A stretch of DNA of 64,000 nt, from assembly GCA_046313635.1 (NCBI GenBank), contig JBKBYA010000013.1:9795-73794 (forward strand), given 5' to 3'. A model generated the notes under the pieces. The model made no database searches. It saw nothing but the letters and a program-made list of their open reading frames with translations, and had not been told where the DNA came from. Of the stretch, positions 60,888 to 64,000 are shown piece by piece. Position 1 is the first letter of the stretch, and each line of letters begins with the position of its first letter. Source of the stretch: Pyrinomonadaceae bacterium (GTDB taxonomy: Bacteria > Acidobacteriota > Blastocatellia > Pyrinomonadales > Pyrinomonadaceae). The translations under genes and the position numbers were made by a program.

Positions 60888-61982
60888 ATGAGACGATTCA
60901 TCACTTCAGTTTTATGCGTATCGGTCTTCTTCATCGGGCTCGGCGCCCTGGTAGAGAAGGCAGGGGCCGCGTTTCGCTCGGACGAGAAGGCGCTCGCCAT
61001 TATCGCCGCGGCACGCAAGGCGATCGGCGGCGACGCGGCGATCAACAACATTCGCAGCCTGCGCGTCAGAGGCAGCACGGTCAAGATCCTGAAGATCGGC
61101 GGCGAAGAAAAAAGCATTGCCGGCGAGACCGAGATCGCGATGCAGCTGCCCGACAAATTTTCCAAGATCGTTAAGCTCGGCAGCGGCGGAGAAGATCGGC
61201 CCGGCGACGCGAGCATCGACGTGCTGGTCACCAGCGACCGGCCGAGCGGCGTCGGACCGCATAAGGTAACGATCAAAAAAGGCGAAGGCGGCCAGGAGAT
61301 CGCGGTCAAAAGGTCGGATGCCGACGTAAAGGAGATCGAGACCGCCGACGGCGGGCGAGTCATCGTTCGCAGTATCTCGAAGGACGGCGAGCCGGCAAGA
61401 TCACGATCCGGTGATGGAGCCAAGGTGTTTGTCGACAAGCGTGTCGGTGACGCCGGCCGCCCGGGGCCGCGGCAAGACGAGTTTGCCCGGACGCTGCTCG
61501 CACTGCTGCTCTCGACGCCGGGCGACGCCGCGGCGAATTTCACGTTTGGCGGTGAACATCAGATCGACGGCCGACAATGTAATATGATCGTTGCCGACCT
61601 CGGCTCGTCGAGCGTGCGGCTGTACCTCGATCGCGACTCAAACCTCCCGGTGATGGTCGCTTACACGGCGGTCGAGCCGCAGGTCGTCTTTTTCCGAAAG
61701 GAGGCCCCGGCCGGCCGGGCGTTGGGCGAAAAGAAGGACGTCGTGACCTTTGACCGCAAGGCCGACGCGAGCACTACGGCGGTCGAATACCAGGTCCGCT
61801 TCTCAGACTACCGTTCGGTCGACGGCGTGCAGCTCCCGTACAAGTGGGTGACGACCGTCAACGGTGCGGCAGGTGAGACATTTGACGTCGCGTCGTACGA
61901 GGTCAATCCCGCGAATATCGCCGACGCGTTCGGCAAGCAGCGGATATTTGTTCGCGAGGCCAAGCCGGACCAGAACAAGTGA
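60888..61982 (+). CDS. Hypothetical secreted protein
   Basis: Signal peptide, 364 aa, divergent from the kinase operon. No family recognised. Confidence 0.5.
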   Translation: MRRFITSVLCVSVFFIGLGALVEKAGAAFRSDEKALAIIAAARKAIGGDAAINNIRSLRVRGSTVKILKIGGEEKSIAGETEIAMQLPDKFSKIVKLGSGGEDRPGDASIDVLVTSDRPSGVGPHKVTIKKGEGGQEIAVKRSDADVKEIETADGGRVIVRSISKDGEPARSRSGDGAKVFVDKRVGDAGRPGPRQDEFARTLLALLLSTPGDAAANFTFGGEHQIDGRQCNMIVADLGSSSVRLYLDRDSNLPVMVAYTAVEPQVVFFRKEAPAGRALGEKKDVVTFDRKADASTTAVEYQVRFSDYRSVDGVQLPYKWVTTVNGAAGETFDVASYEVNPANIADAFGKQRIFVREAKPDQNK

Positions 61983-61994
61983 TCCCCGTTCGAA

Positions 61995-62027
61995 GGGCGG
62001 GCGAGGCGGGGCGACCCGCCTTTTTTT
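61995..62027 (+). terminator. Intrinsic terminator
   Basis: gggcggg-cgaggcggggcga-cccgcc followed by T7. Confidence 0.75.
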
Positions 62028-62167
62028 CGTTTACGCGACGGCCTTGCCGGCCCGCACCTTCGCGGCACACGCATCCCGCCCGCAGACCATCAAAACCGGC
62101 GAATTTGTTATAATTTACGCTCCGGAGGAAGGTCAGTATCAGCAATATCCACGGCTTCACAAAAGGG

Positions 62168-63910
62168 TTGAAGCAAAACCAGCTCAAGCGCATCGAACGC
62201 CTCGCCACGCGGCGCGTCGCTCCCGATCAGATCATTTCACCCGAGCTTGCACGGCAGATGACCGAGATCTCGCACGAGACCAATCGGCAGGTCGGCGTAC
62301 TGCTCAATCGCAAGGGCCAGGTCGAGTACGTTATGGTCGGCACAGCGAAGCAGATCGAGATGCCCGACTTTGGCCGCGCCCGCGTGTCGGCCGACCGCTT
62401 CCGCGGACTCCGATGCGTTCACACGCACCTGCTCGGCGAAAAGCTCACGCAGGACGACCTCACCGACCTCGCCCTGCTGCGCCTCGACCTGATGTCGATC
62501 ATCCAGGTCGATAGATCAAACGGCCTGCCCGGTCTCGTCCACTCGGCGCACCTCGTACCGGCCCAGCCGGGTTCCGAGTTCGGGGTTCAGCGTTCCGGGG
62601 CGAACGGGCACTCTGAACTCGAAACCCCGAACTCTGAACTGCGAGGCTCTGACTCGCTCCCGTACGAATTCCTCGAGCCCGCGATCCCGGCCCATCTCGA
62701 GACCGACTTTCTCTCGCTGATCAACTCGCTCGAGGACGAGATGGCACGCGTCCGCCAAACGGCGCGCAGCCGGCAGGCAAACCGCGACCGGGCGATCCTG
62801 ATCAGCGTCACGACCGGCAGCACGGACGATGCCGCGGAGTCGCTCGCGGAGCTCGAGGAGCTCGCCGCGTCGGCGGGCGTCTTTGTCCTCGACAAGATCA
62901 TCCAGCGCCGCCCGCAGATCGATCCGCGAACCGTGCTCGGCCGCGGCAAGCTCGACGAGCTGCTCATCCGCTCGATGCGGCTCGGCGCGGATATGATCAT
63001 CTTTGACGCCGAGCTCGGCCCGGCGCAGGTGCGTTCGCTCTCGGAGGCGACCGAGCTCAAGGTCATCGACCGTCCGCAGCTCATCCTCGACATCTTTGCG
63101 CAGCGCGCGCAGAGCCGCGAGGGCAAGCTGCAGGTCGAGCTGGCGCAGCTCAAGTATCTTTTGCCCCGGCTGGTCGTCGGACAAAACTCCGCATTCTCGC
63201 GGCTTGCCGGCGGCATCGGCGGACGCGGGCCCGGCGAGACCAAGCTCGAGACAGACCGGCGCCGAGTGCGCGACCGCATCTCGCAATTGGAACGCGCCGT
63301 CGACGACCTCGGCCGCCAGCGGCAGGAGCGCCGCAAGAACCGCGTTCAAAAGCACCTGCCGATCATCTCGCTCGTCGGCTACACCAACGCCGGAAAATCG
63401 ACCCTGCTCAACGCGCTCACGCAATCGGACGTTTACGCCGAGCAGAAGATGTTCGCGACGCTCGACCCGACGTCGCGCCGACTGCGTCTGCCGTACGAGC
63501 AGGAGGTCATCATCAACGACACGGTCGGCTTCATTCGCGATCTGCCCGCAGCACTCGTCTCGGCGTTTCGCGCGACGCTCGAGGAGATCGCCGACAGCGA
63601 CCTGCTGGTTCACGTCGTCGACGCGTCAAATCCGCGCGTCGAGCAGCAGATCGGATCGGTCGAGGGCATTCTCAAGGAACTCTCTCTCGACCGCATTCCG
63701 CAGGTGCTCGTGCTGAACAAGTCAGACCTCATCGCGGCCGACGATCTCGACGCGCTGCGGCGCAGGGTGATGCTTGACAGGAGTGCGGAATGCGTGGCAA
63801 TTTCAGCTATCCGCCGGGATACCCTCCGTCCGCTGGTGGAAGCGATGGCAGTCAGGATAGGCATGTTCTCGGTACCGAGCGACGAGGTCGCGGCGGCCGG
63901 CAATCTTTAG
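62168..63910 (+). CDS. hflX: GTPase HflX (long form with ~190-aa N-terminal extension)
   Basis: HflX N-domain (..LILDIFAQRAQSREGKLQVELAQLKYLLPRL) and G-domain (GYTNAGKST, DTVGF, NKSD). TTG start assumed. Confidence 0.92.
   Translation: MKQNQLKRIERLATRRVAPDQIISPELARQMTEISHETNRQVGVLLNRKGQVEYVMVGTAKQIEMPDFGRARVSADRFRGLRCVHTHLLGEKLTQDDLTDLALLRLDLMSIIQVDRSNGLPGLVHSAHLVPAQPGSEFGVQRSGANGHSELETPNSELRGSDSLPYEFLEPAIPAHLETDFLSLINSLEDEMARVRQTARSRQANRDRAILISVTTGSTDDAAESLAELEELAASAGVFVLDKIIQRRPQIDPRTVLGRGKLDELLIRSMRLGADMIIFDAELGPAQVRSLSEATELKVIDRPQLILDIFAQRAQSREGKLQVELAQLKYLLPRLVVGQNSAFSRLAGGIGGRGPGETKLETDRRRVRDRISQLERAVDDLGRQRQERRKNRVQKHLPIISLVGYTNAGKSTLLNALTQSDVYAEQKMFATLDPTSRRLRLPYEQEVIINDTVGFIRDLPAALVSAFRATLEEIADSDLLVHVVDASNPRVEQQIGSVEGILKELSLDRIPQVLVLNKSDLIAADDLDALRRRVMLDRSAECVAISAIRRDTLRPLVEAMAVRIGMFSVPSDEVAAAGNL
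62568..62646. repeat. Heptamer-array hairpin embedded IN FRAME in hflX
   Basis: gggttcc gagttcg gggttca gcgttcc, then loop ggggcgaacgggcac, then tctgaac tcgaaac cccgaac tctgaac. gagttcggggtt pairs with aaccccgaactc. Encodes PGSEFGVQRSGANGHSELETPNSELRGS. Confidence 0.8.
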
Positions 63911-64000
63911 ACTTCGCTGCCGGCACGCGGATTCCATCAGATGGCAAAGCGAATCAGAGAGCTGAGATCTCCCGCCGCAAGATGGCGGCAGCAGTTGACG

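Noticed and set aside
63941-64000. + strand ATG followed by MAKRIRELRSPAARWRQQL.., reminiscent of the N-terminus of XRE-type HTH regulators.
   Set aside because: Only 20 codons lie inside the window, which is too little to support a call.

Overview
High-GC (roughly 60%) bacterial chromosomal segment, mostly housekeeping: gyrA, ruvA/ruvB, dnaX, uvrA, accD, folC, gpmA, pdxJ, pfkA, greA, accC, apbC/mrp, ygfZ, hflX, two tRNA-Ser genes and SRP RNA. The gene content (aldolase plus BMC shell operon, LemA/TPM, four-helix-bundle genes, secreted proteins ending in carboxypeptidase-regulatory-like domains) suggests an Acidobacteriota-like soil bacterium; that is low-confidence inference. No CRISPR array, prophage or intact IS was seen. 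Main observations: (1) at least 14 hairpin elements built from tandem degenerate HEPTAMER arrays followed by the complementary array. Each locus uses its own heptamer. They sit at gene boundaries, separate the tRNA/SRP RNA genes, supply C-terminal codons and stop codons to several genes, and one lies in frame inside hflX. (2) A ~480-bp duplicated composite of such arrays lies between a histidine kinase and its response regulator, with a related copy in the BMC operon. (3) A minimal microcompartment locus (class II aldolase with encapsulation-peptide-like tail, 1 BMC-H, 3 BMC-P) has no other metabolosome core enzymes nearby. (4) dnaX carries an A9 run with stop codons in both alternative frames, as in the Thermus transcriptional-slippage site. 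(5) A LexA-like repressor has lost both catalytic residues. (6) A lower-GC islet holds an IS relic and three secreted proteins sharing a C-terminal two-domain tail. (7) Two head-to-head decapitated PD40 beta-propeller pseudogenes are present. Many long ORFs in the supplied track are antisense artefacts of high GC and were rejected.
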